Of a stretch of DNA of 64,000 nt, positions 62,914-64,000 are shown piece after piece. Position numbers and translations under genes: made by a program. The stretch is from NCBI GenBank assembly GCA_965220125.1, contig CBDCPB010000004.1, forward strand, positions 1,478,227-1,542,226. Direction: 5' to 3'. The DNA is from Dehalococcoidia bacterium. Its GTDB lineage: Bacteria; Chloroflexota; Dehalococcoidia; UBA2979. The notes below the pieces were generated by a model. It worked only from the letters and a program-made list of their open reading frames with translations, ran no database searches and was not told the DNA's origin. The first letter of the stretch is position 1. Each line of letters begins with the position of its first letter.

Positions 62914-63900
62914 CTACTGCTCGACGCTCAGGATGATCTTGCCGAAGTTGGCGTTGCTCTCCATGTAGGCGTGCGCCCCGGCGGCGTCCTCGAGCGGGAA
63001 GACGCGGTCGATCACCGGCCGTAGCCGACCGGACTCGAAGTGGTGCAGGTAGCGGGCCGCGAACTGCTGGATCAGGATCAGCTTCTCCTCCAGCGGGCGC
63101 ACGCGCAGCACCGTGCCGTGCACACGCAGCCGCTTCGGCATCAGCGCGCCGATGTTCGTCTCCAGCCTCCCGCCACCCATCGAGCCGACCAGCACCAGGC
63201 GGCCGCGCACGGCCAGTGAGGCGATGTTGCGGTCCCAGTAGGGCGCGCCGACGACGTCGAGGATCACGTTCACGCCGCGCCCGCCCGTGCGCTCCGCGAT
63301 CACCTCGGCGAAGTCCTCGCGCTGGTAGTTGATGCCGACGTCGAGGCCGAGTTCGGCGGCGCTCGCCAGCTTCTCGTCGCTGCTCGCCGTGCCGTAGCTG
63401 GGGCAGCCGGCGAGGGCGGCGAGCTGGACCGCGGCGGTGCCGACGCCGGAGCCGGCGGCGTGGATCAGCACGGACTCGCCGGACGCCAGCTCGCAGTGGC
63501 CGAAGAGCGCGTCGAAGGCGGTGAGGTAGACCTCCGGGATCGCGGCCGCTTCCTCGAAGCTCAGGCCTTCCGGGATCGCCATCAACTGGCGCTCGTGCGC
63601 GATGGCGCGCGAGGCGTAACCGCCGCCGCCGAGCAGCGCCATCACGCGATCGCCCGGCTTCCAGGCCTGGACGCGCTCGCCGACCGCCTCGACGACGCCG
63701 GCCATCTCGAGGCCGGGCACGTCCGCGCGGATGCCCGGCGGGGCCGGATAGCCGCCGCGGCGCTGCATCAGGTCGGCGCGGTTGAGGGCGCTCGCGTGGA
63801 CGGCGACCAGCGCCTCGTCCGGACCGGGAACCGGATCGTCAACCTCGACGACCTGCAGCACCTCCGGCCCACCCGGCTCCGTTACGACGGCAGCGCGCAT
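62914..63900 (-). CDS. NAD(P)H:quinone oxidoreductase / zinc-type alcohol dehydrogenase superfamily (Qor-like, MDR family)
   Basis: MRAAVVTEPGGPEVLQVVEVDDPVPGPDEALVAVHASALNRADLMQRRGGYP...AAGSGVGTAAVQLA is the MDR/Qor pattern with a Rossmann GxGxxG. Confidence 0.8.
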   Translation of the reverse strand: MRAAVVTEPGGPEVLQVVEVDDPVPGPDEALVAVHASALNRADLMQRRGGYPAPPGIRADVPGLEMAGVVEAVGERVQAWKPGDRVMALLGGGGYASRAIAHERQLMAIPEGLSFEEAAAIPEVYLTAFDALFGHCELASGESVLIHAAGSGVGTAAVQLAALAGCPSYGTASSDEKLASAAELGLDVGINYQREDFAEVIAERTGGRGVNVILDVVGAPYWDRNIASLAVRGRLVLVGSMGGGRLETNIGALMPKRLRVHGTVLRVRPLEEKLILIQQFAARYLHHFESGRLRPVIDRVFPLEDAAGAHAYMESNANFGKIILSVEQ

Positions 63901-64000
63901 CGCCTGGCTCCCTCCGCCCGCGTCATCCTCGCTGGCGCGCAGGCTAGCACGGAGACGGCGTCCCGCCGTGCTACGATCGACCCGCGATCGCGCCCTGCGC

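Overview
This is a very GC-rich (about 70%+) bacterial chromosomal window, densely coding on both strands, with no rRNA, tRNA or CRISPR array seen. Four luciferase-like oxidoreductases, which homology-based annotation typically labels F420-dependent, hint at an actinobacterial or Chloroflexi/Thermomicrobia-type genome.

Core metabolism in the window:
- A translationally coupled menaquinone operon (menF-menD-menH-menB-menA-menC, minus strand, 49.4-56.5 kb).
- A pncA-pncB NAD salvage pair.
- Acyl-CoA dehydrogenases, enoyl-CoA hydratases, family-III CoA-transferases, many SDR, VOC and alpha/beta-hydrolase genes.

Accessory and unusual content:
1. A 982-aa single-chain MmeI-like (type IIG/IIL) restriction-modification candidate with a variant nuclease motif.
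2. A HigB-HigA-SecB-like tripartite toxin-antitoxin-chaperone (TAC) module.
3. A VapBC toxin-antitoxin pair.
4. A class-II Fic protein preceded by a low-GC promoter region with tandem palindromic repeats.
5. An IS1380-family insertion sequence (CTTAC target duplication) sitting at the junction of an older segmental duplication of RDD/SHOCT genes.
6. Five tandem SnoaL/NTF2-like paralogs flanked by a duplicated luciferase-like oxidoreductase pair.
7. Two large secreted proteins: one with two PPC domains plus an uncharacterised C-terminal region, and a matrixin-like metalloprotease.
8. A mosaic family of GC-rich palindromic intergenic repeats at six loci.

Calls are based on reading the translated ORFs for motifs I recognise. 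No database search was run, so family names are inferences from motif-level memory. Coordinates include stop codons.
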